Assembly (NCBI GenBank): GCA_963665845.2
Contig: OY762492.1
Location: 128,001-192,000 of the forward strand
From: Candidatus Poribacteria bacterium
Lineage (GTDB): Bacteria > Poribacteria > WGA-4E > GCA-2687025
DNA length: 64,000 bases
Reading direction: 5' to 3'
Shown: in pieces, positions 19,370 to 29,908 of the stretch
How positions within the stretch are numbered: position 1 is the first letter of the stretch
Layout: each line of letters starts with the position of its first letter
The notes under the pieces: generated by a model
The model's input: only the letters and a program-made list of their open reading frames with translations
The model's database searches: none
What the model was told of the DNA's origin: nothing
Made by a program: the position numbers and the translations under genes

Positions 19370-20358
19370 GGCTGCAGCCTCCTGTTGCGGATGACGATTC
19401 GCGCATAAAGCATTTTGCCGTTGATTTTAAATCTACTTGACTTGCCTGTTATCTGCTTTACGAGAGACGTATCCACATCGATAATTTCAAACTGTTCGGG
19501 ATTGTGCTTGTCCAAAAAGGTGATCGGCACGCCCATTTCTCCAGCATAGTCCGCTGGGATTTTAGCGACCCTGCCTACTTCGATGGCGTCATAGTTGTCG
19601 TAATTCGGGTATTCCTCCGGCGAATATCGTTTGAACAAAACCAGTTCTTCATTTCGCTTCTTGTGGCCTAGGTTGGTGAACCAACAAGCGTTTCCCAATC
19701 TGCCCTTGACGACGCCATCCACCCGTCGGTAGGCGCTGCCCTCCTTCTTGTTTTTAACCAATTCTCTCGCATAGGCTTCCGGCACATCAAAAAGCATATC
19801 TTTGCCAGCCGGACCATGACCAAGCCACAACTTGCCGCTTCTGATAAGGGGAAATACCTCCTTGTAAGTGATCGCGTTCATGCTTCCGATAACGACAAAT
19901 TTTTTGCCGTATTCGACCAGTTGCGCGACATACTCCCTGAACAATGAAAACGGCGGATTCGTAACGACGATGTCCGCCTGTTGAAGCAGATCAATGCATT
20001 CCTGGCTTCTAAAATCGCCGTCTTCTTCGAGTTGAAATTCGGCGGGTTCCGCTCCAATGCCGACATACTCAAGTCCGGCGGCAGTTTCCATGTCGTGATT
20101 GCTGAAGAGGTCTGTCTGCCGATTTTTGTAGCAGGTTGTGATCAGTCTTTTGAGTTCAAGTTGCTCGAACTTCAAATGAAAGTAGCGGAAGAAATTGCTG
20201 ACGGCGGGATCGTCGCAATTGCAGTAAACGGTTTTGCCGCGAAAATGTTCATCGTAATGCGTCAGCTCATTCTCGATGTCCGGGAGCTGCGTGTAAAATT
20301 CATCGTTCTTTGCCCTGTTCGCAGCGTGCAGAGCCTGATTTTTCGCCATAATACGCAT
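19366..20358 (-). CDS. Adenine-specific methyltransferase, EcoRI-methylase family
   Basis: KNDEFYT, VYCNCDDP, GDFRSQEC, VVTNPPFSLF, MGVPITFL; ATGA overlap with the nuclease. Confidence 0.9.
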   Translation of the reverse strand: MRIMAKNQALHAANRAKNDEFYTQLPDIENELTHYDEHFRGKTVYCNCDDPAVSNFFRYFHLKFEQLELKRLITTCYKNRQTDLFSNHDMETAAGLEYVGIGAEPAEFQLEEDGDFRSQECIDLLQQADIVVTNPPFSLFREYVAQLVEYGKKFVVIGSMNAITYKEVFPLIRSGKLWLGHGPAGKDMLFDVPEAYARELVKNKKEGSAYRRVDGVVKGRLGNACWFTNLGHKKRNEELVLFKRYSPEEYPNYDNYDAIEVGRVAKIPADYAGEMGVPITFLDKHNPEQFEIIDVDTSLVKQITGKSSRFKINGKMLYARIVIRNRRLQP

Positions 20359-20381
20359 CCAATTCCGCCTGTATGCGTGTA

Positions 20382-20410
20382 AGTCTACACCATGCCGTCT
20401 TTTGATTCAA
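20382..20410 (-). promoter_or_regulatory. Sigma70-type promoter for the MTase-nuclease pair
   Basis: Minus strand TTGAAT, 17 bp, TAGACT. Confidence 0.5.
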
Positions 20411-20419
20411 GTCGCCTAA

Positions 20420-20602
20420 GATTCCCGCTTACGCGGGAATGACGCCAGCTGGAGCGGCGCCTCTGGATTCCCGCTTACGCGGGAATGACGTTTTGGGCCG
20501 CCGGACGCTTCAGGTGAACGCGGACGGTTTCAGCGGCGCCTCTGGATTCCCGCACATTTTACCGCAAGGACGGGAATGCATGTCCTCGCGGAAGCGGGGA
20601 AC
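20420..20602 (-). repeat. Array of three REP hairpins (20420-20443, 20466-20489, long-loop variant 20545-20602 with 22-nt insert)
   Basis: GATTCCCGCTTACGCGGGAATGAC twice plus a variant. Confidence 0.9.
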
Positions 20603-20612
20603 GATCCTGAAC

Positions 20613-23600
20613 TTACAGCCCAAGCGCCTCGCGCAAAAACTTGCCCGTGTAGGAGCTTTCCGCCGCGGCGATCTCTTCAGGCGAACCCTGCGCGACGATA
20701 TACCCGCCCGACTCGCCCCCTTCAGGACCAAGATCGATCACATGATCCGCCGCCGCGATGACCGACAGATGATGCTCAATCACAATCACCGCGCTGCCCT
20801 GGTCCACCAGCCGATGTATAACATTCAGCAGCTTGCGCACATCGTCATAATGCAGCCCTGTCGTCGGCTCGTCCATCAGATACGCCGTCCCCTGCGTTGA
20901 ACGGCGCGCCAGCTCTTTGGCGAGCTTCACCCGCTGCGCCTCCCCGCCGGACAGCGTCGGCGCCGGCTGCCCAAGCTGAACATAATCCAAACCGACATCC
21001 TTGAGCGTCTGCAGCCGCCGCCGTATTTGCGGGATGCTGTCAAAATGCGCCAGCGCATCGTTCACCGTCATTTGTAGAATTTCGGCGATGTTTTTGCCGC
21101 GGTACTGCACATCCAGCGTCTCTCGGTTGTAGCCTGTCCCTGCGCATGTCTCGCACTCGATCCACACATCCGGCAGAAACTGCATCTCAATGCGGTTATG
21201 CCCATGCCCATGGCACGATTCGCACTGCCCGATCGGGAGGTTGGAGCTGAAACGGCGGGCGTCGTAGCCGCGCGCCTGCGCCTCCGGCATTTCGGCAAAA
21301 ATCTTACGTATATCGGTGAACACATCCGTATAGGTGGCGGGGTTGGAACGCGGCGTTTCGCCGATCGGCTTCTGGTCTATGTTGATCACCTTGTCAAGCC
21401 GCTCAACGCCCAGCAGTTGATGGAACGGTCCAGGATCGCGCGACTGGACGCCTCCAAGCCGGCGGGCGAGCGCGGGGTACAACGTCTCTTGAACCAGCGA
21501 CGATTTGCCGGAACCGGAAACGCCCGTAACGCATGTGAGCGCGCCCAGCGGAAACGCCGCGTCAATGTTTTTTAGGTTGTTCAGTTTCGCGCCAGTGATG
21601 CGAATATATCCTCTCGGCGGCTGCCGCTGTCCGTTTCGGCGCGGGATAGCCTCTTTCCCTGACAGGTACAACCCTGTCAACGATGTTGGATTCTGCGTCA
21701 AATCGTCTGCGCCGCCTTCCGCCACGATCTCTCCGCCATGCCGCCCCGCTCTGGGACCGAAATCGAATACCCTGTCGGCGGAACGAATCGTCGCGTCGTC
21801 ATGTTCAACAACAATGACCGTGTTTCCAAGATCGCGCAGCCGCGCCAGCGCTTTCAGCAGCCGCTCATTGTCGCGCGGATGCAAGCCGATCGTCGGCTCA
21901 TCCAGCACATACAGCACGCCTGTCAAGCCCGACCCCAGCTGCGACGCGAGGCGAATGCGCTGCGCCTCCCCGCCGGAGAGGCCCGGCGCCGGGCGGTTCA
22001 ACGTCAGATACTCAAGCCCGACATCCACTAAAAACTGCAGCCGGTTGATCGTTTCGCTCAACAGCTCCTGCGCGATCTGCGCCTTCTGCCCTTCGAGCCG
22101 CAGGTCGCGGAAAAAACGCAGCGCCGCCTCGGTCGTCAGCTCGGTGACCTCCGTCATGTTCAGCCCCCCGATCTGCGCGCCCAGCGCAAACGGGTTCAGC
22201 CGCGAGCCTTTGCATGACGGGCAGACCACCTCGCGCACAAACGGGCGAACCTCCCGCGTCCGCGCGCCGCGTACATGGAGCCAGTCAACCGTCCCGACCG
22301 CGCCGCGGAATTGAACCTTGCCGCCGTCCATCTCATAAAGCTTGTCGGAACCGTAGAGCAGGATCTCCTGCGCCTCCAGCGGTATTTTTTCAAACGAAGT
22401 CGAGAGCGAGAACCCGTACTCTCGGCACAAGCTGGCGATGAAGCCCGCAAGCGGATTCCCCGGCAGCACAGGTCCCCATGCCAGAACCGCCCCGCCGCGC
22501 AGCGACTTTCGGGGGTTGGCGACAACCGCCTTCGCGTCCGCCCCTGTGACCCGCCCGATGCCCTCGCATCGATCGCAGCGCCCAAGCGGGCTGTTGAACG
22601 AAAAATGCTGCGGCGTCAGCGGCTCAAAACTAAGCCCGCACGGCGCGCACGCAAAATGTTCAGAGTAGGTCTCCGACAAACGCCGAGTCTCCTCAACCCC
22701 CTCCTCGTTCAAAACGCGGCAGCTTCCTTCGATGCGCATGACGCCTTTGCCCTGCTCCAGAGCCGTTTCAACCGCTTCGGCGAGGCGCGACTTTTCCGAC
22801 TCGCGCAAGATTAGCCTGTCGATCACGATGCCGGCGTCATGGCGTATGCGCCTGTCCAGCTCCATGTTTTCAACGATGTCGACCGTCTCTCCGTTCACCC
22901 ATGCGCGTATGAATCCGTCTTTTGCGGCGCGTTGAAAAACCTCGCTGTATTCTTCCCCGCGCGCCAGCTGTATCGGAGCCAGAATGTTCAGACGGCTCTC
23001 CGCCGGGAGCGTCATGATGTTGTCGACGATCTGCTGCGAGGTTTGCGTCCCGACAGGAGAGCCGCATTCTGTGCAGTGCGCCGTCCCCGCCCGCGCAAAC
23101 AGCACTCGCAGATAATCGTAGATCTCCGTCACCGTTCCGACGGTTGAGCGCGGGCTTTTGCTCGGCGCTTTTTGGTCGATGGCAATCGCCGGCGACAGAC
23201 CCTCGATGCTCTCCACATGCGGCTTGTCGACGCGCCCTAAAAATTGCCGCGCATACGCCGAAAGCGACTCCACATAACGCCGCTGCCCCTCGGCGTAGAT
23301 CGTGTCCAGCGCCAGCGACGTCTTCCCCGACCCTGAAACCCCTGTGAACGCGACCATCTGCCGCATCGGAATATCGACATCGATGTTTTTCAGGTTATGC
23401 TCGGCGGCGCCGCGCACCTTGATTTCGCGCAATGGTTCCGGCCGCTCTGACGGCGCCGCCTCCTCCTTCTCCGCCTCCTTGACGGAGGACCGCTTCTGAA
23501 GAGCCGCTTTCAAAAAACGCCCCGTTTCGGTCAGATTCTCGGCGGAGGCGATCTCTTCGGGCGTCCCGGCGGCGAGAAGATAACCGCCCTCCTCCCCGCC

Positions 23601-26345
23601 TTCAGGACCGAGGTCGATAATATGGTCAGCCGTCTTCACCACCTCCATATTATGCTCAATGACGACGACCGCGTTGCCCCGATCCACGAACGCATGCAGC
23701 GCCTCCAGCAGTTTGCGCACATCCTCAAAATGAAGCCCTGTCGTCGGCTCGTCCAAGATATACAGCGTATGTCCGGTTGAGGCGCGGCTCAGCTCCTTGG
23801 CGAGCTTGACGCGCTGCGCCTCGCCGCCGGAGAGCGTCGGCGCCGGCTGACCTAACTTGATATAGTCCAGCCCAACATCCAGCAGCCCTTGCAGCTTCCG
23901 CGCGATCTTCGGCAGACCGCCAAAATGCGCCATCGCTTCGTTCACATCCATATTCAAAATGTCGGCGATATGCTTGCCTTTGAAATCGATGCTCAGCGTT
24001 TCGTCGTTGAAACGGGAGCCGTTGCACACCTCGCATTTGATCCAGACATCCGCCATCAGCTGCATCTCGATCTTTTTATACCCGTACCCTTGGCACGCTT
24101 CGCACCGCCCGCCTTTGACGTTGAAGCTGAACCTGCCAGGTTTGTATCCGCGCACCTGCGATTCAGGCAGCTGGGCGTATAAGGCGCGAATCGCGTCCCA
24201 CACTTTGACATAGGTTGCGGGGTTGGAGCGCGGCGTCCTGCCGATGGGCGACTGGTTGATGCAGATCATTTTGTCGACATCGTCCATCCCTTCGACATCG
24301 TCATGGTCGCCTGGGCGCTCGTCGGCGCGCATGAGATCGCGCGACAGACGCTTCGCCAGAATATCGTTCACCAGCGACGACTTGCCCGACCCGCTGACGC
24401 CCGTGACGCATGTGAACGCGCCGAGAGGAATTGCCGCATCGATATTTTTCAGATTGTTATGCCGCGCGCCTTTGACCTTGAGCCAGCTGCCGTTCGGCGT
24501 CCGCCGCGTTTCAGGAACCGGTATCTCCTTTTTCCCTGAAAGATATTGACCCGTGATGGAATCGGGGCTTTGCATGAGGCGCGAAGGCGAACCCGCCGCC
24601 ACCAGCTCTCCGCCCTGAACGCCTGCTCCAGGACCGAAATCGACCAGATAATCCGACTCCAGCATCGTCTCTTCGTCATGCTCAACGATGATGATCGTGT
24701 TGCCGATGTCGCGCAGCTGCTTGAGCGTATTGAGAAGTTTGAGATTGTCGCGCGCATGGAGGCCGATGCTCGGCTCGTCCAGCACATACAGCGCGCCGAC
24801 CAGACCCGCCCCAATCTGGCTCGCCAGTCGTATTCGCTGCGATTCGCCGCCCGACAGCGTCGGCGCCGTTCGGTTCAGCGCCAGATAATGCAGCCCGACA
24901 TTTTTTAAAAACCAGAGACGCGCGCGGATCTCCTTCAACACCTGCTCGCCAATCTGCAGCTGCCGCGGCGTCAGCTCTAGGTTGTCAAAAAACGCCTGCG
25001 CCTCGCCGACCGGCATCGCGGCAATGTCAAAAATCGTTTTTCCGTTGATAAGCGCCGCGGACGCTTCCCGCCGAAGCCGCCGCCCGTCGCATTCCGCGCA
25101 TGTCTGTACCTCCATGAACTTCATGAGCCATTTGCGGACATTTTCGGAATGCGTGTTGTTGAACCGCCGGTTCACGTTGTTGAGCAGCCCTTCAAAACGC
25201 CATCTCCGCTGTCTCGCCTCGCCGTTGCGGTAGACGGTGACAGGAAGCCGCCTTCTTCCAATTCCGTTTAAAACGGCGTTCTGGGCGCGCTTCGAGAGCG
25301 TCTCCCATGGCTCGTCCAGCGAAAAGCCGATATACTCCGCCAGCCCCTCCGCCGTCGGGTGATGATCCTTCAATTCGCCCCAAGGCGCGACCGCCCCTTC
25401 GCGTATCGACAACGAGGCGTCCTTGATCATTCGGTCCGCCGACGCCTGCGTCGCGCTTCCGATGCCGTTGCAGGTCGGGCATGCCCCCTTCGGGCTGTTG
25501 AAGGAGAACATCTGCGGCGACGGCTCCTCATAGCTGACGCCGCACTCGGCGCAGGCGTAAAGCTGGCTGAACATGATCTCTTCGCCGTCAACGATGTCGG
25601 CGATCATGATTCCGCCCGCCAGCTGAAGCGCGCTCTCCACCGAGTCGGAAAGCCGCTCCCGTATATCCTCTTTGACGACGATGCGGTCGATGACGATTTC
25701 GATGTTGTGGCGCAGGTTCTTGTCCAGCTGAACGGCGTTCGTCAGTTCGTAAATTTCCCCGTCGATGCGGGCGCGGGCGTAACCGGCGCGGAGGGCGTCC
25801 TCCAGCTCCTCTTTGTGTTCGCCTTTTCTCCCCTGCGCGACGGGCGCGAGTATCTGCAGCCGCGTACCTGTTTCCAGGTTGAGCAGCTTGTTGACGATCT
25901 CCTCTCGGCTCTGCGCGCCGACCTCGCCGCCGCATTCCAGGCATGTCATGGAGCCGACGCGCGCATACAACAGCCGAAGGTAGTCGTAGATCTCGGTGAT
26001 CGTGGCGACCGTGGAGCGCGGGTTGTAGCCAGTCGATTTCTGATCAATGGAGATGGTCGGCGACAAGCCGCCGATGAAGTCAACCGCCGGCTTTTCCATC
26101 TGACCTAGAAACTGCCGGGCGTAGGCGGAGAGCGATTCAATATACCGGCGGCGCCCTTCGGCGTAAAGCGTGTCGAAGGCGAGCGAGGATTTGCCGGATC
26201 CGCTCACGCCGGTGAAACAGATCAGCTGGTTTTTGGGAAGGTCAAGGTCAATGTTGCGCAGATTGTGTTCGCGGGCGCCCCGCACGGTGATCAGTTCGAG
26301 TTGACTATTTTTTGGGCGTTCGTTCGATTGCATGCCGTGTTCCAC
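20613..26345 (-). CDS. uvrA: Excinuclease ABC subunit A, double-length (two fused UvrA units)
   Basis: Four Walker A motifs ([10 protein letters not shown]), four LSGGE signatures, repeated CxxC zinc fingers, YAEG(R/Q)RRY(I/V)[12 protein letters not shown] twice. Start GTG 26345 or ATG 26333. Confidence 0.96.
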   Translation of the reverse strand: MEHGMQSNERPKNSQLELITVRGAREHNLRNIDLDLPKNQLICFTGVSGSGKSSLAFDTLYAEGRRRYIESLSAYARQFLGQMEKPAVDFIGGLSPTISIDQKSTGYNPRSTVATITEIYDYLRLLYARVGSMTCLECGGEVGAQSREEIVNKLLNLETGTRLQILAPVAQGRKGEHKEELEDALRAGYARARIDGEIYELTNAVQLDKNLRHNIEIVIDRIVVKEDIRERLSDSVESALQLAGGIMIADIVDGEEIMFSQLYACAECGVSYEEPSPQMFSFNSPKGACPTCNGIGSATQASADRMIKDASLSIREGAVAPWGELKDHHPTAEGLAEYIGFSLDEPWETLSKRAQNAVLNGIGRRRLPVTVYRNGEARQRRWRFEGLLNNVNRRFNNTHSENVRKWLMKFMEVQTCAECDGRRLRREASAALINGKTIFDIAAMPVGEAQAFFDNLELTPRQLQIGEQVLKEIRARLWFLKNVGLHYLALNRTAPTLSGGESQRIRLASQIGAGLVGALYVLDEPSIGLHARDNLKLLNTLKQLRDIGNTIIIVEHDEETMLESDYLVDFGPGAGVQGGELVAAGSPSRLMQSPDSITGQYLSGKKEIPVPETRRTPNGSWLKVKGARHNNLKNIDAAIPLGAFTCVTGVSGSGKSSLVNDILAKRLSRDLMRADERPGDHDDVEGMDDVDKMICINQSPIGRTPRSNPATYVKVWDAIRALYAQLPESQVRGYKPGRFSFNVKGGRCEACQGYGYKKIEMQLMADVWIKCEVCNGSRFNDETLSIDFKGKHIADILNMDVNEAMAHFGGLPKIARKLQGLLDVGLDYIKLGQPAPTLSGGEAQRVKLAKELSRASTGHTLYILDEPTTGLHFEDVRKLLEALHAFVDRGNAVVVIEHNMEVVKTADHIIDLGPEGGEEGGYLLAAGTPEEIASAENLTETGRFLKAALQKRSSVKEAEKEEAAPSERPEPLREIKVRGAAEHNLKNIDVDIPMRQMVAFTGVSGSGKTSLALDTIYAEGQRRYVESLSAYARQFLGRVDKPHVESIEGLSPAIAIDQKAPSKSPRSTVGTVTEIYDYLRVLFARAGTAHCTECGSPVGTQTSQQIVDNIMTLPAESRLNILAPIQLARGEEYSEVFQRAAKDGFIRAWVNGETVDIVENMELDRRIRHDAGIVIDRLILRESEKSRLAEAVETALEQGKGVMRIEGSCRVLNEEGVEETRRLSETYSEHFACAPCGLSFEPLTPQHFSFNSPLGRCDRCEGIGRVTGADAKAVVANPRKSLRGGAVLAWGPVLPGNPLAGFIASLCREYGFSLSTSFEKIPLEAQEILLYGSDKLYEMDGGKVQFRGAVGTVDWLHVRGARTREVRPFVREVVCPSCKGSRLNPFALGAQIGGLNMTEVTELTTEAALRFFRDLRLEGQKAQIAQELLSETINRLQFLVDVGLEYLTLNRPAPGLSGGEAQRIRLASQLGSGLTGVLYVLDEPTIGLHPRDNERLLKALARLRDLGNTVIVVEHDDATIRSADRVFDFGPRAGRHGGEIVAEGGADDLTQNPTSLTGLYLSGKEAIPRRNGQRQPPRGYIRITGAKLNNLKNIDAAFPLGALTCVTGVSGSGKSSLVQETLYPALARRLGGVQSRDPGPFHQLLGVERLDKVINIDQKPIGETPRSNPATYTDVFTDIRKIFAEMPEAQARGYDARRFSSNLPIGQCESCHGHGHNRIEMQFLPDVWIECETCAGTGYNRETLDVQYRGKNIAEILQMTVNDALAHFDSIPQIRRRLQTLKDVGLDYVQLGQPAPTLSGGEAQRVKLAKELARRSTQGTAYLMDEPTTGLHYDDVRKLLNVIHRLVDQGSAVIVIEHHLSVIAAADHVIDLGPEGGESGGYIVAQGSPEEIAAAESSYTGKFLREALGL

Positions 26346-26530
26346 ACGCCTTAGAGGGTGAGACGATTCCTGTTTGCCATATTATATCGTATCATGGGGC
26401 GTCAGACGGCTGCGTCAAGCAATATGTGAACGCAAATCGGGCGCGCCATCCCCGTGATGGATACGTTTATGCGGGCGCGTCCGTTTCATGAAACGCGGAC
26501 CGAACGCCCATACGGCCCTATTCGCGGCGC

Positions 26531-26626
26531 CGCGTCCGATTCCCCCTTGAAAAGGGGCTAGGGGGGTTTAAAGGACGGGCGCCGCGACTGCGATGCCTTA
26601 AGATTCCCGCTTACGCGGGAATGACG
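26531..26626. repeat. Composite family-2 hairpin + REP element
   Basis: Near-identical to 11378-11474; related inverted copy at 49225-49314. Confidence 0.9.
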
Positions 26627-26678
26627 ACCAGCGGCGCAGCGCTTTAGAGTCAAAAATGAAAATCCCCGCATGGGCGAA

Positions 26679-27350
26679 CTATCCTCTCGTCCACCGCTTC
26701 ACCTGCCAGCCCTCCCGCCGCGCCAAAGAGAGCAGCCCCCGCGACGGATTCACCGCTGTCGGATTGCCGACCAGACGCAGCAGCTCCGCGTCCGCCATGC
26801 TGTCGCCGTAGGCGTAACTTGCCGACAAATCGATCTCCCGTTCCGCCGCGAACGCGCGCGCCGCGTCCGCCTTCGCTTCCCCGCTCAACGGCGGAGTCGT
26901 CAGCTCGCCTGTAAAAAGCCCCTCCGACGCCTCCAGCTGAACCGCCATCACCCCAGACGCGCCCAGCAGACGTCCCAGCGGCGCGGCGATCATCTCCGCA
27001 GTCCCCGTCACCAGAGCCGTCTCATGCCCCTGCGACGCATGACGCTCAAACGTCTCTTTCGCTTTAGGAAACATTTTCGGCAGCGCATACGACTCCGCCG
27101 TCTCCTCCATCAGACGAAAAAGCCGCTCCGCCTCCATCCCTTTGTAAAAGCGGTAAAACATGCGGTTGAACGCCGCGCGGCTAAAAGCGTCAACGGCTAA
27201 GAGGACGGGGATCCAGGGAGCGAAGCGAATCTTCCACCAAGCGCGCTGACGCCGAGACATCCCCGCCGTCGAAAGATGCGCATAAAAATGTACGATGGTC
27301 GAGTCGAGAAGCGTTCCGTCAATGTCAAAAAATGCGGCAGGCTTGCTCAT
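26679..27350 (-). CDS. HAD-IB family phosphatase
   Basis: FFDIDGTL, LVTG, YAYGDSMAD, AVNP; ATGA-coupled to the upstream gene. Confidence 0.9.
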   Translation of the reverse strand: MSKPAAFFDIDGTLLDSTIVHFYAHLSTAGMSRRQRAWWKIRFAPWIPVLLAVDAFSRAAFNRMFYRFYKGMEAERLFRLMEETAESYALPKMFPKAKETFERHASQGHETALVTGTAEMIAAPLGRLLGASGVMAVQLEASEGLFTGELTTPPLSGEAKADAARAFAAEREIDLSASYAYGDSMADAELLRLVGNPTAVNPSRGLLSLARREGWQVKRWTRG

Positions 27351-29908
27351 ACGCCTCCAAGCTCTCTCACCGCCCGCTCCACTCGGTCTGCGATCTCTCG
27401 ATAGAGACGAAAATTCGGCTCGGAATCGGCGCGCTCCTGATAGGGCGACATCAAAATCGGCTCCCCAAAACGGGTCTGAACCGGCGCCGGTATCGGAAAG
27501 GCGCGCCCTACCGGCATCGCCTGCCGCGTCCCCGAAATATACGCCGGCACAATCGCGGCGCCCAGCTCCAGCGCCAAAAGCCCCAGACCAGGTTTGAACG
27601 GCTGAAGGCTCCCGTCCCGCGACCGCGTGCCTTCAGGAAAAATCAGCAGCGACCGACCGCGGTTCAGAGCCTCCCGCGACAGCTGCAAACTGCGCAAAAA
27701 GTTGCCGCGCCGATCAAACGGAAGAACGTTCAAAAGCGTGTTGACCGCCCATCCTTTAGCGTATGAATCAAAAAAGTAATCCTTCGCCCCAAGCACATGA
27801 AAACGCGACGCCGACCGCCCCAAAGCCGAAAGCAACGCGGGGCTGTCCAAATGACTGGAATGGTTCGCCGCGACGATACAGGGCGATTCGGTCAGCAGCC
27901 GATCCGCCCCTTCCGTTTTCAAACGAAACGCCGTCTTGAAAACCAGGCGAGTCGTCCAACGAAAACTGCGCCCAACAACCTTCTGAAGCGGCGAATAGTC
28001 CAAATACTGCATCTCCGCTTCAAGCGACGCCGATTCGTCAGACTGAAGCGCATCGCCCTGCGGAATCCGCTTCTCAACATACGGCTCCAAAAAATCGACC
28101 GCGTCCTGAACCGTCTGAAAACGAAGCGCAATCTGTTCTGGAATCGAGACGTTGAAACGCTTCTCCACCGCCGCCAGCATCTCCACCTTCATGAGCGAAT
28201 CGAGCTGCAGATCCTTGTCAAGGTCGTCGCTCAACTGCACCGATCCGGCGTCCGCGCCCGATATGAGCGCCATCTCATTCGCCAGCTCCCGCTTCCAGCC
28301 CTCCTCTATCGGCTCGCCCGCTTCGGCGCGGGGCGCCTCAACCGTCTGCTTCCCCCCGCCTTCCAGAATCCACTCCCGCACGGCGTCCCGCCGCAGACGC
28401 ATGGCGCTCGTCTTCGGCAGCTCCTCAACCCGAAAATGAGTCCTCTGAAGACGCTGATAAGACGGAATCGCCGCCCCCCGCTCCTGTATCGCCGCCTGTA
28501 GTTCCGCCATCTTCTCCATGTCGTTCAGAACGACCGACGCGACCGTGAAGACGCCGTGGACCTCCTCCCGCTGCTGCCGGCTCTTGACGCCGATGACGCA
28601 CATCTCGCGCACATACGGCAGGTTTTTGTAAATCAGCTCCACCTCGTCCGGGTACACATTTTTGCCGGCGCTGGTGACGATCATGTCCTTGAGGCGCCCC
28701 GTCAGGTAAAGGTACCGATCCTCGTCCAGACGCCCTAGATCGCCTGTTCGGAGCCATCCGCCGCGCAGCTTCTCCTCGCTTGCTGTCGCGTTGTTTAAGT
28801 ACCCTTGCATCACATTCGGACCGCGCGCGATCACCTCGCCGATTTCGTCGTCCCCCGGCGCGTCGATCTGAATCTCCACCTCCGGCACGGCGACGCCGAC
28901 GCTCGCTTTTTTCGTCTTACGGTACGGATTCACCGTCAACACGGGCGACGCCTCCGTCAACCCGTAACCCTCATGAATCGGCATGTCCGCGCTCAAAAAC
29001 AGATCGTACGCGTCATGATCAAGAGCCGAACCGCCGCACACCAGAACGCGGACGCTGTCGCCAAACAGCTTTCGCAATTCGCTTTCCGGCGATTCGTTCG
29101 ACTCGGCGGCGCGTCGGCGCGCCATGTCCGCGCACATCTGAAACAGCCGCGGGATGCCGAGCATGACGGTCGCGCCCACTTCGTTCAACATCGCCAGTAT
29201 CTTGCGCGGGTTGAACGTGCCGGCATAGGTTACCGACGCGCCCGCGGTGATCGGTCCCAAAAGCCCGTTCGTGAACTCAAAACCGGCGTTCAACGGCAAG
29301 GTGGATAAAAACTCGTCTGTCGGAAACGGATGCAGGAGGCGCGAGACGCTCCCGACATTCGCCAGCAGATTTGAATGCGACAGCATGGCGGCGCGCGGTT
29401 CAATCGTCGTCCCGGCGATGAAGATGATTGATGCGACGGCGTCCGGCTCTCCGCGGTCGATTTCCTCCCCAGGCGCGTCCGGCAGCGCGTTGAATGTCCA
29501 TACAGGCTCTTCGCCGTCCGCCTCGTCCAAACCTTTTTTGAGATGCGGCGCGAGGCTGTCTGACGCGATGAAACACCGCGCCTCCGCAAAATCGCGTATC
29601 GCCAGCGCCTCGTCCATGCGCGTTTGCGGATCCAGCGGAATGACGCTCATGCCGGCGGCGGCGCACCCGAAATAGGCGACCGCCCATTCGGGGCAACTTT
29701 CCCCCAACAGAATCGCCCGACTCCCCCTGTCGAATCCCCGCTCCGCCAGATGCCGCGCGAATCCCTGCGACCTGCGAGCCGCCTCCCCGTAGGAAAGCTC
29801 ATCCCACACATTCTGCCGCTTCATACGAAAAGCGGTTTTGTCGTCAAACTGCTCCGCCGTCTGAAGCAGCAGCCGCGTCAACGTTATTTCGGAGAAATCT
29901 AAGTCCAT
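27347..29908 (-). CDS. Multidomain adenylation (acyl-CoA synthetase-like) - acyl carrier - PlsC-type acyltransferase
   Basis: GYGLTE, GPNVMQGY, TGDLG, GKNVYP; carrier LQLDSL; acyltransferase ANHSSHLD and FPEGTRS. Confidence 0.92.
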   Translation of the reverse strand: MDLDFSEITLTRLLLQTAEQFDDKTAFRMKRQNVWDELSYGEAARRSQGFARHLAERGFDRGSRAILLGESCPEWAVAYFGCAAAGMSVIPLDPQTRMDEALAIRDFAEARCFIASDSLAPHLKKGLDEADGEEPVWTFNALPDAPGEEIDRGEPDAVASIIFIAGTTIEPRAAMLSHSNLLANVGSVSRLLHPFPTDEFLSTLPLNAGFEFTNGLLGPITAGASVTYAGTFNPRKILAMLNEVGATVMLGIPRLFQMCADMARRRAAESNESPESELRKLFGDSVRVLVCGGSALDHDAYDLFLSADMPIHEGYGLTEASPVLTVNPYRKTKKASVGVAVPEVEIQIDAPGDDEIGEVIARGPNVMQGYLNNATASEEKLRGGWLRTGDLGRLDEDRYLYLTGRLKDMIVTSAGKNVYPDEVELIYKNLPYVREMCVIGVKSRQQREEVHGVFTVASVVLNDMEKMAELQAAIQERGAAIPSYQRLQRTHFRVEELPKTSAMRLRRDAVREWILEGGGKQTVEAPRAEAGEPIEEGWKRELANEMALISGADAGSVQLSDDLDKDLQLDSLMKVEMLAAVEKRFNVSIPEQIALRFQTVQDAVDFLEPYVEKRIPQGDALQSDESASLEAEMQYLDYSPLQKVVGRSFRWTTRLVFKTAFRLKTEGADRLLTESPCIVAANHSSHLDSPALLSALGRSASRFHVLGAKDYFFDSYAKGWAVNTLLNVLPFDRRGNFLRSLQLSREALNRGRSLLIFPEGTRSRDGSLQPFKPGLGLLALELGAAIVPAYISGTRQAMPVGRAFPIPAPVQTRFGEPILMSPYQERADSEPNFRLYREIADRVERAVRELGGV

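Noticed and set aside
20420-20602. Possible CRISPR array of 24-bp repeats
   Set aside because: The repeats are the dispersed REP found across the window and spacing is irregular.
9866-20612. Integron cassette array or prophage/ICE
   Set aside because: No integrase, no recognisable attC sites, no phage or conjugation genes; gene orientations are mixed.
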